DNA of 64,000 nucleotides, from positions 29,307 through 93,306 of the forward strand of contig JBDTTF010000181.1 of assembly GCA_039930765.1 (NCBI GenBank). The letters are read 5' to 3'. The translations under genes and the position numbers were made by a program. Position 1 is the stretch's first letter, and every line of letters starts with the position of its first letter. The notes under the pieces are model-generated. The model was not told where the DNA came from. It did no database searches and worked only from the letters and a program-made list of their open reading frames with translations. This document shows positions 36,825 through 44,993 of this stretch, in pieces. Origin of the DNA: Gemmatimonadota bacterium. GTDB lineage: Bacteria > Gemmatimonadota > Gemmatimonadetes > Gemmatimonadales > GWC2-71-9.

Positions 36825-37723
36825 CGGGGAACCTGGAAGATCCGGAGCCGGGCGCTGCGGGCCCGCGGATTGGCGGAGAGCTCGGACTGGTCGGCCGTGA
36901 TCGGCTTGCCAACCACCTGACCCAGTGCCGTGCCGCGGCAGATGCATAGCGGCAACTCGGAGGGGCAGATGCAGGACCGGGCCCAGTCACGAAAGCTGTG
37001 CTTGACGAGGCGATCTTCGCCGGAATGATAGCTGATTACCACGAGCTTGCCGCCCACGCTCAGCGCGTCGCGAAAGGCCGGCAACGCCAGCTCGAGCCCG
37101 GTCAGCTCCCCGTTGATCTCGATCCTGACCGCCTGGAACAGCCGGGCAAACTCTCCCGGACCGGAGCGCGGGCCCAGGACTGCCCGAATCGCATTGACCA
37201 GGTCGTCGCTGGTCTCGAACTGGTGCTGGGCCCGGCGGCGCACGATCTCGCGGCCGAGCGCCGGCGCTCGGCGCTCATCGCCGTATTCCTTGAATACCTG
37301 GATCAGCTCGGAATCATCGGCGCTGTTGAGCCATTCTGCGGCTGACATTCCGGTGCCGGACATCCGCATATCGAGCGGGGCGCCCGGCCGGAACGAAAAT
37401 CCCCGCCCCTCGTCATCAAGCTGCCGGGACGAGACCCCAAGATCGAGCAGGATGAAATCCGGGTTGAATGCGACCACCGCGGCCAGGGCGGCCGGATCGG
37501 CATAGGGAAGTTGCAGCGTGGTGATCCTTGCCAGTTCGGGCCGGCTCCTGGCCTGAGCGATTGCCGCCGGATCACGATCGATGCCGAGCAGCTCCGCTCC
37601 TGCCGCCGCGAGCAGGGCCGCGTGCCCTCCGCCACCCAGCGTGGCATCCACGGCCCGACGCGCTCCCGCGGCCGCGGCGAGCACCGGGCCGGCAAGGACG
37701 GGCTGGTGGTACTGGTCAGTCAT
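36821..37723 (-). CDS. rsmH: 16S rRNA (cytosine1402-N4)-methyltransferase RsmH/MraW
   Basis: 300 aa with HQPVL, DATLGGGGHA and DLGVSSRQLD motifs. It is the first gene of the dcw cluster. Confidence 0.9.
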   Translation of the reverse strand: MTDQYHQPVLAGPVLAAAAGARRAVDATLGGGGHAALLAAAGAELLGIDRDPAAIAQARSRPELARITTLQLPYADPAALAAVVAFNPDFILLDLGVSSRQLDDEGRGFSFRPGAPLDMRMSGTGMSAAEWLNSADDSELIQVFKEYGDERRAPALGREIVRRRAQHQFETSDDLVNAIRAVLGPRSGPGEFARLFQAVRIEINGELTGLELALPAFRDALSVGGKLVVISYHSGEDRLVKHSFRDWARSCICPSELPLCICRGTALGQVVGKPITADQSELSANPRARSARLRIFQVPR

Positions 37724-37747
37724 CGGAATTCGTGGTTGCCGGAAACG

Positions 37748-37785
37748 AAAACGGCCCGTCCGCCGAGGCGGAACGGGCCGTTTTT
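37748..37785. terminator. Bidirectional rho-independent terminator between tRNA-Asp and rsmH
   Basis: AAA-ACGGCCCGTCCGCC-GAG-GCGGAACGGGCCGT-TTTTT. The stem has 9 perfect bp plus 4 more after a bulge, and it is flanked by A and T runs on both strands. Confidence 0.75.
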
Positions 37786-37798
37786 CGAGAAGAGCCAG

Positions 37799-37873
37799 CG
37801 GGGCTGACGGGGCTCGAACCCGCGACCTCCGCAGTGACAGTGCGGCACTCTAACCAAGCTGAGCTACAGCCCC
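37799..37873 (-). tRNA. tRNA-Asp (GTC)
   Basis: I folded the cloverleaf by hand. Acceptor GGGGCTG/CAGCCCC, anticodon stem CCGCA/TGCGG with loop CTGTCAC, T-arm GCGGG-TTCGAGC-CCCGT, discriminator G. No CCA is encoded. Confidence 0.9.
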
Positions 37874-37946
37874 TGGCGTGAAGCGCGGTGAATATAGAGA
37901 ATGGCGGTGCCGGAGGGTAGTCCCCGGCATTCGGCCCACTCGTCAC

Positions 37947-39662
37947 CTAGGGCTTGCAATACGCCTTGAGCATCGAGGCCACGCGCGGCTTGTAACCCTC
38001 GACGTACTTGAGGTACTTGGCCGCATCCTCCGGCTTGTATGTGGTACTGCCCTGCAGCGCCTTTTCCGCCTCGGCCAGGAGTCCCTGCTCCTTGTTGGCC
38101 AGGTCGCAGGATTTCCCCTTTTCGGTCTCGGCATCAATTTTCTGGACCTGACCCATGACCAGGACGCCCAGGTAGAAATTCGCGATCGGGGCCACCTTGC
38201 CAGTCGGCGATGCGTTGGGGATCACGGTTCGCAACATGGCCACCGCCGTATCCGGCTGGTCCTTGATCAGGGCCAGTGCACCGTTCAGGGTCAGGGCCGC
38301 GACATTCTCCTTGGCCGTGGCATCGCCCTTGGCTGAGGCGTACGCCAGGAACGGCGCCGCTTCCTGGCCCCGCTTGGCCGCAATCAGTTGCTGGGCAATC
38401 GACAACGCGGCGGGCACCTGGGTCGAATCGACAGCCATCAGCCGCTTGGCCACCGATACGGCGCTATCGAGCGGTCCGGCAAGGGTGTAGGCCGTGAGCA
38501 GCTGCTGAATCAGGCCGGCGTTGGCCGGATACTTGTTGACGCCGAGCCGGGCCCACTTGAGCAGACGGACGGTATCGGGCTGCTGGCTGGCCATGACGGT
38601 GATCTTGAGCAGGAAGCTGCTGTCGGCCTTGGCGGAGTCGTTGATGGCCACCTGTTCCAGCGCGTCCACCGCGCCCTTGTAGTCGCTCTTGTACACCCGG
38701 GCGTTGCTGAGCAGGTCCCAGAGATCAGCGTTGGTTGGATCGAGCTTGAGGCCGTCGAGCGCAGCCTGTTCGGCTGCCTCGGGGTGTTCGTACTTGATGA
38801 ACAGCTTGAAGGCCAGCTCGCGGAGGGGCTGGTTGGTCGGGGCCACCACCAGCATCTGCTTGAGGGCATCGACGGTGTGAGTGGTATCGCCACGGGCTTC
38901 ATAGACACTGGCCAGGAGCGTCCAGGCCGCCAGGCTCAACTGGTCGCCGGTCACCGCGGCCTGCAGATCCTTCACCGCCTCGGCGGTATCGGCCTTGGTC
39001 TTCCGATCCATGGCCAGCAGCGCCAGGCAGAAGTTGGCCACCCCGCTGGTCGGCATGGCGGCCAGCGCCTTCTTGGCCGCCGACTGGGCCTTTTCCGCAG
39101 CCGCGGTCCGCTGGTTGATGCACTCGCGGGAATCGTTCAGGCTCTTGATGGCGGGAGCAAAGGCATCGGCGGCGGCGGTCCCGAAGGCGTCGAGGCTCTG
39201 TCCGGCCTCCTGGGCCACCACGAAGGTGTTGCCTGCCGAGTCAGACAGACCAGCCAGCCGCGCGGTGACACTGTACCGACCACCTTCCGCCTTGGTGAGC
39301 GCGGTGCTGACCATGGCGCGGGCCTGCAGCGACGAGGCCAGGGTCCGCTGCTGCGGCGTCGGGAAGATGGCATCCGGCGGAATCCCGTACTGGGCCAGCG
39401 CCTCGTTGATCTTCTCACGGGGAATCACGAAATAATTGGTACCGACCACCTTTTCCATCCGGAGCCGCATGGCAGTTCCGACCTTGACCGCGGCCCCACT
39501 GTCCTGCGGTGCGAAGGTGTAGGGATTGGCGACCAACAACCGCGGGGCCTGGGCAACGACCTGGTCAGGCGAGGTCCGCTTGACCGGAATCTGGGCCGCG
39601 AGTGCTCCCGCGGTCAGCAGAGCTATCGACAACGCAACAGAAATCAGACGAATCAGCTTCAT
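37947..39662 (-). CDS. Secreted TPR/helical-repeat protein, unknown function
   Basis: 571 aa with signal peptide MKLIRLISVALSIALLTAGALAAQ. It is Ala/Lys-rich and helical with TPR-like units, and sits between two tRNA genes. Confidence 0.7.
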   Translation of the reverse strand: MKLIRLISVALSIALLTAGALAAQIPVKRTSPDQVVAQAPRLLVANPYTFAPQDSGAAVKVGTAMRLRMEKVVGTNYFVIPREKINEALAQYGIPPDAIFPTPQQRTLASSLQARAMVSTALTKAEGGRYSVTARLAGLSDSAGNTFVVAQEAGQSLDAFGTAAADAFAPAIKSLNDSRECINQRTAAAEKAQSAAKKALAAMPTSGVANFCLALLAMDRKTKADTAEAVKDLQAAVTGDQLSLAAWTLLASVYEARGDTTHTVDALKQMLVVAPTNQPLRELAFKLFIKYEHPEAAEQAALDGLKLDPTNADLWDLLSNARVYKSDYKGAVDALEQVAINDSAKADSSFLLKITVMASQQPDTVRLLKWARLGVNKYPANAGLIQQLLTAYTLAGPLDSAVSVAKRLMAVDSTQVPAALSIAQQLIAAKRGQEAAPFLAYASAKGDATAKENVAALTLNGALALIKDQPDTAVAMLRTVIPNASPTGKVAPIANFYLGVLVMGQVQKIDAETEKGKSCDLANKEQGLLAEAEKALQGSTTYKPEDAAKYLKYVEGYKPRVASMLKAYCKP

Positions 39663-39712
39663 CCTGGAATGCCTCCAAATGCGTGAACCCGAGGCCTGGA
39701 TTCAGGCCACGA

Positions 39713-39787
39713 TGGGCGAAGAGGGATTCGAACCCCCGACATCCTGCGTGTAAGGCAGGCGCTCTGAACCGGCTGAGCTATTCGCCC
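39713..39787 (-). tRNA. tRNA-Val (TAC)
   Basis: I folded the cloverleaf by hand. Acceptor GGGCGAA/TTCGCCC, anticodon stem CCTGC/GCAGG with loop CTTACAC, T-arm GGGGG-TTCGAAT-CCCTC, discriminator A. Confidence 0.9.
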
Positions 39788-39793
39788 GTGGAG

Positions 39794-39985
39794 CTACAGC
39801 GCGATACCGAGGGGCAGGAGAATGCAATAGCCCAGTACCAGCAGTGCCGCTGCACCGGTCGTGCCTCCGGCTTTGAGCCACCAGTATCCGATGGCAATGA
39901 CCACAAAGCCGGCGGCGAGCAACGCGATGTTCCGCGGCCTGAAACGCAGATCAGCAGAAGACGGTGAGGAAGTTGCAGGGGCCAT
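39794..39985 (-). CDS. Small two-TM membrane protein (hypothetical)
   Basis: 63 aa with two hydrophobic helices (IALLAAGFVVIAIGYWW, AAALLVLGYCILLPLGIAL). The gene is short, so the call is weak. Confidence 0.4.
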   Translation of the reverse strand: MAPATSSPSSADLRFRPRNIALLAAGFVVIAIGYWWLKAGGTTGAAALLVLGYCILLPLGIAL

Positions 39986-39996
39986 GGGTCGGGATT

Positions 39997-40965
39997 CTAG
40001 CCGTTAAATTCTTCGGGGTCAACCGGTTCGCCCTCGTCCGGGACCACCCAGCCCTGATCGAGCGCTGCCCTCCGGGGACGATCGGAACGACGTTTCAACC
40101 ACGTCGCAAGGATCACTCCGCCAGCCGCCACCAGCCAGAAACCGCCCGCCAGCAGCCAGGTAGCAAGGTTGTAGCGGACCCGCACCGCCCGCTGCCAGGC
40201 GTCCTCGAATCGGGACATTGACAGCCCGGTGGTCTGCTGGACCGCGGCATCGAAATCGGTCCCGCTGGCCAGCCGTTCCAGCAACGGGTCCAGCGTCCCT
40301 GAGGGATTGCGCCGAGCCAGATCCACGACTGCGGAGGTGGCCAGTGCGTAAGCCACGTCTGCGGTCCGGGCCGACCCTCGCAGCATTCCATCCAGTCCGG
40401 TGAAGCTGGGCGGGGTGACCCCGGCCAGCGCCGCTCCCATCCGCAGAAACTCGAGTCGTTCCCACTCACCGCTGGCCCAGGCGGCATATCCCTCGTCGAA
40501 CCACAGTGGTACTCGTACCCGGATGGCCGAGTGAAGTGCCAGGTGCGCCAGTTCGTGATACAGGGTGGCCGCAGGATCCGGCAGATCGGCGCGAAGCACG
40601 ATGGTGCGGCTGGCCGGGAGCGCGAAGCCGGCGCCCCAGCCTGGTGCCCGGCCCCGGAAGGTGGCGGACATGGCTGCGGAATCCTTGACCAGAACCAGGG
40701 TCAGCGGCAGGGTGTCCACCCGGCCGAGCCCCGGCCAGCGGCGGATCTGGTCGGCGGCTTCGGCCAGCTGGATAGCCAGGGCAGTCCGCTCGGGCGGGGC
40801 GATCGCGGTCACTCGGCCGACCAGGGTGGCGTCGGTCGGCCCCTGAAGCCCGAGCAGCAGGAGGATCAGGCCGGGGAGGTGCGCGGCGGCTCTCCTCCGG
40901 CAGCGACCGATTCCAGCATTTCCTTGCAGCGCTTGCCCCAGGGACTGAACTTGTTGGCCTTCCAC
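39997..40965 (-). CDS. Peptidase MA-like (HExxH) protein with a C-terminal membrane anchor
   Basis: It has the motif YHELAHLALH...WFDEGYAAWASGEW and a C-terminal TM helix WLLAGGFWLVAAGGVILATW. The start is uncertain. The track ORF begins at GTG 41013, and I list GTG 40965. Either start overlaps the upstream TPR gene (which ends at 40866). Confidence 0.55.
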   Translation of the reverse strand: MEGQQVQSLGQALQGNAGIGRCRRRAAAHLPGLILLLLGLQGPTDATLVGRVTAIAPPERTALAIQLAEAADQIRRWPGLGRVDTLPLTLVLVKDSAAMSATFRGRAPGWGAGFALPASRTIVLRADLPDPAATLYHELAHLALHSAIRVRVPLWFDEGYAAWASGEWERLEFLRMGAALAGVTPPSFTGLDGMLRGSARTADVAYALATSAVVDLARRNPSGTLDPLLERLASGTDFDAAVQQTTGLSMSRFEDAWQRAVRVRYNLATWLLAGGFWLVAAGGVILATWLKRRSDRPRRAALDQGWVVPDEGEPVDPEEFNG

Positions 40966-41744
40966 CCTTCGGTCCAGGATTGCCGGGCCCCGTCGCGATC
41001 CTCGGAGAACCACTGGGCCCGGCCGAGCTCGTAATACGCTTCGATCAGGTTCGGCCCCAGTTGTACCGTCTTCTGGAAGAAGGTCTGGGCATCCTCGAAC
41101 ATTTCGCGCTCCAGGTAGACCAGCCCGAGATAGTAGTGGGCGTACAGCGTGGCCTTGCGGTCATTGTCGAGCCGGATGGCCTTGGACAGGTGCTCGATGG
41201 CCTCGCCGAAGATCCGCTTCTTGAGGCAGATATACCCGACGTTGATTCGGGCCAGTGAGTTGGCCGGCTCCCGCATCAGCACCTTTGAAAAGGTGGCCAG
41301 CGCGTCGTCGTATTCCTCGTGTAGCATCTGGGCCCACCCCAGCAGCGACTGGGCCTGGGTGTCGTTGGGCGACAGGGTCAGCGCCCGGGTGAGCGACTGA
41401 ATGGCACCGGAGTAATCACCCAGTGAGATCAGGCTCCAGCCCTTCTCGATGAAGGTCGAGGCACCCAGGTGATCGGCATGGATCATCGGCCGCTGGCCGG
41501 TGAACTGGGGTGCCGGGGCTGACTCCGACGAGGCCGCCAGCTGCTTGTAGCGCTCGACCAGTCCCCGGATCTCTTCCTTCAACGCGGTGAGATCGGCCAG
41601 CGCGCCATCGACCCGCTTGAAAAAGGCGATGATCTCCCGCTTGACGATCTCCCGGTCGTTCCCGGTGGTGACTTTCTGCAGCCGGTTGTCGAGTTCGGCG
41701 TACTGCGAGCGGAGCGACGCCACCAATCCTTCTGGCGAATCCAT
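40866..41744 (-). CDS. Coiled-coil + TPR protein
   Basis: 292 aa with an N-terminal coiled coil (SLRSQYAELDNRLQK...EEIRGLVERYKQL) followed by about 5 TPR units. The start ATG overlaps the cheW stop by 1 nt. Confidence 0.7.
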   Translation of the reverse strand: MDSPEGLVASLRSQYAELDNRLQKVTTGNDREIVKREIIAFFKRVDGALADLTALKEEIRGLVERYKQLAASSESAPAPQFTGQRPMIHADHLGASTFIEKGWSLISLGDYSGAIQSLTRALTLSPNDTQAQSLLGWAQMLHEEYDDALATFSKVLMREPANSLARINVGYICLKKRIFGEAIEHLSKAIRLDNDRKATLYAHYYLGLVYLEREMFEDAQTFFQKTVQLGPNLIEAYYELGRAQWFSEDRDGARQSWTEGWKANKFSPWGKRCKEMLESVAAGGEPPRTSPA

Positions 41745-42208
41745 CAGGCCTCCATGGCGGCCAGCGCCAGCCGCTCCTCGGAATTGAGCAGCCGAGCGGC
41801 GTTGAGCAGGATGATCGTCCGATCGGGCTGCGCCACGATGCCGGAGATGTAGACCGCGGCCAGTCCCCTCACCATCGGCGGGGGGGCCGAGATCAGGGCG
41901 GCGTCGATCCGGAGGACTTCGAGCACCTGGTCGACCACGATGGCCACCCGCTGGGTTTCCAGTTCGAGGACCATCATCCGGACCTCTTCGCGGTGATCCG
42001 CCGGCACCGACAGGCGCTTGCGGAGGTCCACCACCGGTACCACCCCGCCGCCGTACCGGACTACCCCTTCGAGGAAGTCGGGGGTACCGGGCAGCATGGC
42101 CGGACGTTCGTAGCGGATGATTCGCTCGACCTGGAAGATGTTGACCGCGAATTCCTGCGGCCCCACCCGGAATGCCACGAACTGTAATTCGTCGCCCGGA
42201 GTGTTCAT
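41744..42208 (-). CDS. cheW: CheW-like coupling protein
   Basis: 154 aa with the CheW domain pattern LQFVAFRVGPQEFAVNIFQVERII...PDFLEGVVRYGGGVVPVVDLRKRL. Confidence 0.85.
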   Translation of the reverse strand: MNTPGDELQFVAFRVGPQEFAVNIFQVERIIRYERPAMLPGTPDFLEGVVRYGGGVVPVVDLRKRLSVPADHREEVRMMVLELETQRVAIVVDQVLEVLRIDAALISAPPPMVRGLAAVYISGIVAQPDRTIILLNAARLLNSEERLALAAMEA

Positions 42209-42636
42209 GCTCGGGTCCCCGCCTCGGCCAGTCGATCGCGAAGCGCGTTCAGGTTGAGTATCGGCACCAGGCCATCGTCCCGCCGGACCACGGCGCTGGC
42301 CCAGGGCAGTGTTTCACCGCTGGGTACCGGCAGCAATTCGCCCCGGGTCATCACATCCACCGCATCGACCTCGAAACAGATCGGTGACCCGTTCAGCTCA
42401 GCTACCAGGGCCAGCTCCGACTGGTGCGCCGGGTGCGGCCCACCAGACAGCAGCGCACCGAGATGAAAGACCGGCATCAGGGTGCCCCGGGCCCAGGTGA
42501 CACCCCGGAGCGACGGTTCGGTGCCGGGAACCTGGTGCACTGCTCCCAGGTCGGCGACTTCAATCACGTCGGCCAGGCGGATCCCGACCGACCGGCCGCC
42601 GGCGGTGGCCAATAGAAAATCGCTGATTTCATTCAT
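42205..42636 (-). CDS. CheW-like coupling protein (divergent)
   Basis: 143 aa with a CheW-like layout ([21 protein letters not shown]...[21 protein letters not shown]). It has 4-nt overlaps on both sides. Confidence 0.7.
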   Translation of the reverse strand: MNEISDFLLATAGGRSVGIRLADVIEVADLGAVHQVPGTEPSLRGVTWARGTLMPVFHLGALLSGGPHPAHQSELALVAELNGSPICFEVDAVDVMTRGELLPVPSGETLPWASAVVRRDDGLVPILNLNALRDRLAEAGTRA

Positions 42637-43700
42637 GCCCGCCGCCGCCGATCGAGCAGGCCGGTGAGCCGGGCCGCAATTCCCGTCAGCGGCAGCACCT
42701 CATCGGCGCCGCCTCCCTGCACCGCCGATTTGGGCATGCCCCAGACGGTCGAACTGGCCTGGTCCTGCGCGATCCCCCATCCGCCGGCGTCGTGAATGGC
42801 TTTGAGCCCGATGGCGCCATCGCGTCCGAGTCCCGTGAGCACCACGCCGATGGCGGCCCTGCCCCAGACCTGGGCCACCGAGTGAAACAGGGGGTCTGCC
42901 GAGGGACGCACACCCCAGATCGGCGCGGCCTGGTCCAGGGCGATCACCGGCTCCTCGGCTGCCATGATGACTCGCATGTGCCAGTCTCCCGGCGCGATGT
43001 ACACCGTATCGGGGCGCACCGCTTCACCATCCCTGGCTTCCACCACCGCCAGCTGACTCATGGCCGACAGCCGCTCGGCCAGGCTGGCGGTAAACCTCGG
43101 TGGCATGTGCTGGGCGACGACCACCGCGGTGTCCTGGCCGGCCACCAGGTTGGGAATCAGTTCTGCCAGCGCTCGTGGTCCGCCGGTCGAACTTGCGATG
43201 GCCACGGCGCAGCGGGCGTGGCCGATTCGCGGGGTGCTGCTGAGGGAACCGCGCTTGGGACGGGCCAGCATCGGCAATCGTCCAACCACCGCCGCCTGCG
43301 CCGCCCGCATGGCCTCGAGCAGGCGCGGCGCCAGCCGGATCGCCGCGCCGGGGCCGGGAGCGGCATCCTTGGCCACCAGCTCCACCGCGCCAAGTTCGAG
43401 GGCCCGGATCGTGGCCTCGGAACCGGGGCCGGCATAGGCGCTGACCACCACGATTGGGCGGGGCGACTCCGACATGATGTAGCCGATGGCGCCCAGCCCA
43501 TCCAGCTCCGGCATCTGAAGGTCCATGGTGACCAGATCCGGTTGCAGCGAATGGACCAGTTGCAGCCCTTCCATCCCGTTACTGGCGGTGCCCACCACCA
43601 GGAATTCCCCCGACCCGCCGAGAATATCGGAGATCATTCGCCGGTACAGTGCGCTGTCGTCGACGACCAGCACGGTCGGACGGTCAGAGATTCTGGTCAC
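42633..43700 (-). CDS. cheB: Chemotaxis response regulator protein-glutamate methylesterase CheB
   Basis: Trimmed to GTG 43700 ([23 protein letters not shown]...). It has a receiver domain followed by a methylesterase domain ([19 protein letters not shown]) and overlaps cheD by 17 nt. Confidence 0.9.
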   Translation of the reverse strand: MTRISDRPTVLVVDDSALYRRMISDILGGSGEFLVVGTASNGMEGLQLVHSLQPDLVTMDLQMPELDGLGAIGYIMSESPRPIVVVSAYAGPGSEATIRALELGAVELVAKDAAPGPGAAIRLAPRLLEAMRAAQAAVVGRLPMLARPKRGSLSSTPRIGHARCAVAIASSTGGPRALAELIPNLVAGQDTAVVVAQHMPPRFTASLAERLSAMSQLAVVEARDGEAVRPDTVYIAPGDWHMRVIMAAEEPVIALDQAAPIWGVRPSADPLFHSVAQVWGRAAIGVVLTGLGRDGAIGLKAIHDAGGWGIAQDQASSTVWGMPKSAVQGGGADEVLPLTGIAARLTGLLDRRRRA

Positions 43701-44172
43701 CGTGCGCCACCGAGCGGACCCTGATCCGGCCATCCGCAACCGCAAAGTGGACCGAGCGGCCGAAGTCGCCACCCACCGCCTCGCCGACGACCGGGATGCC
43801 ATGCTGGTTGAGCACTTCGCGGGTGGCGACCACATTGCGCTCCCCCATCTGCATCGAGCCGGGGGGAGCCAGGTTGGCAAACATCGAAGCCCCGCCGATC
43901 AGCCGCGCCGTGATCCGTCGCTTCTCGGCACCCAGTGCAGTCATTTCCGCCAGCAGCGCGGGAATCGCCGACTGGGGAAATTTGGCGGGATTTTCCGAGC
44001 CGCGCCGCCCCAGCGAGAGCGACGGGAGCAGCACGTGGGCCAATCCGCCAATTTTCGCGGTCGAATCGTACAGGGCGATGGCCACGCAGCTGCCCAGACC
44101 GAGTGTAATCAGCTGGTCGCCGCTGACAGCAGCGGCGAAGTCCGCGACCCGGACAATCTTGTCGGCCGGCAT
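43684..44172 (-). CDS. cheD: Chemoreceptor glutamine deamidase CheD
   Basis: 162 aa with the CheD core [29 protein letters not shown]. Confidence 0.85.
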   Translation of the reverse strand: MPADKIVRVADFAAAVSGDQLITLGLGSCVAIALYDSTAKIGGLAHVLLPSLSLGRRGSENPAKFPQSAIPALLAEMTALGAEKRRITARLIGGASMFANLAPPGSMQMGERNVVATREVLNQHGIPVVGEAVGGDFGRSVHFAVADGRIRVRSVAHGDQNL

Positions 44173-44993
44173 CAGGCGGCCAGCCGGTAGAGTCGTTCGC
44201 GGGCGTCGATCAATTCCAGCCGGTGCCGGCTGGGGCCGAGGATCGTCTCGACCTTGCCGAGCAGCAGGTATCCGCCGGGCCGGAGGGCATCGCAGAAAAT
44301 CTGCATCAATCGTTCCTGGCCTGGCCGGTCGAAATAAATGATGACATTGCGACAGGTGATGAAGTCATAGTTCGGCGCCGGAGCCGGCTCCCGCAGCATG
44401 TCGTGGCGGCGGACCCTGATCCGCTGCCGCAAACGTGGGTCGACCAGGTAGCGCTGGTCGGGCAGGCTGGTAAACCAGCGAGCGATGAGAGCCGGCTCGA
44501 CATCGGCCAGGGCCGCTTCGCTGTAGATGCCGGCCGCCGCCTTTTCGAGCGACAGCCGGTCGATATCGGTGGCATCGATCACGATCCGCTCCAGCCACGC
44601 TGCATGGCCCAGGTCCGCGGCCGCCTCGGCCAGGACCATCGCGAGGGTGTGCGCCTCTTCGCCGGAGGCACAGCCGGCGCACCAGATCTGCCGGAGGCCA
44701 TTGCCGCTGAACAACTCGGGAGCCACCAGCCGGCTGACCGTCTGCCAGGTTTCCCGGTTGCGGTAGAACCGGGTGACGTTGATTGTGAGCACGTCGGTCA
44801 ATCGCTGCATTTCGGTGGCGGACTGCTGGAGCAGCGTCCGAAATTCATCATAGGTATGGACCCCGCACGCCCGCATCCTGACCGCCACCCGCCGGCGGAG
44901 GCACTTGTCCTTGTAGTCACCCAGGGCCAGCCCGGCGCTGGTTGAGATGTAGCCGGTGAGCCGGGCAAACCCTTCATCGTCGCCGGAGGTCAT
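44172..44993 (-). CDS. cheR: Chemotaxis protein methyltransferase CheR
   Basis: 273 aa with TINVTRFYRN and the SAM-binding region IWCAGCASGEEAHTLAMVL. Confidence 0.9.
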   Translation of the reverse strand: MTSGDDEGFARLTGYISTSAGLALGDYKDKCLRRRVAVRMRACGVHTYDEFRTLLQQSATEMQRLTDVLTINVTRFYRNRETWQTVSRLVAPELFSGNGLRQIWCAGCASGEEAHTLAMVLAEAAADLGHAAWLERIVIDATDIDRLSLEKAAAGIYSEAALADVEPALIARWFTSLPDQRYLVDPRLRQRIRVRRHDMLREPAPAPNYDFITCRNVIIYFDRPGQERLMQIFCDALRPGGYLLLGKVETILGPSRHRLELIDARERLYRLAA

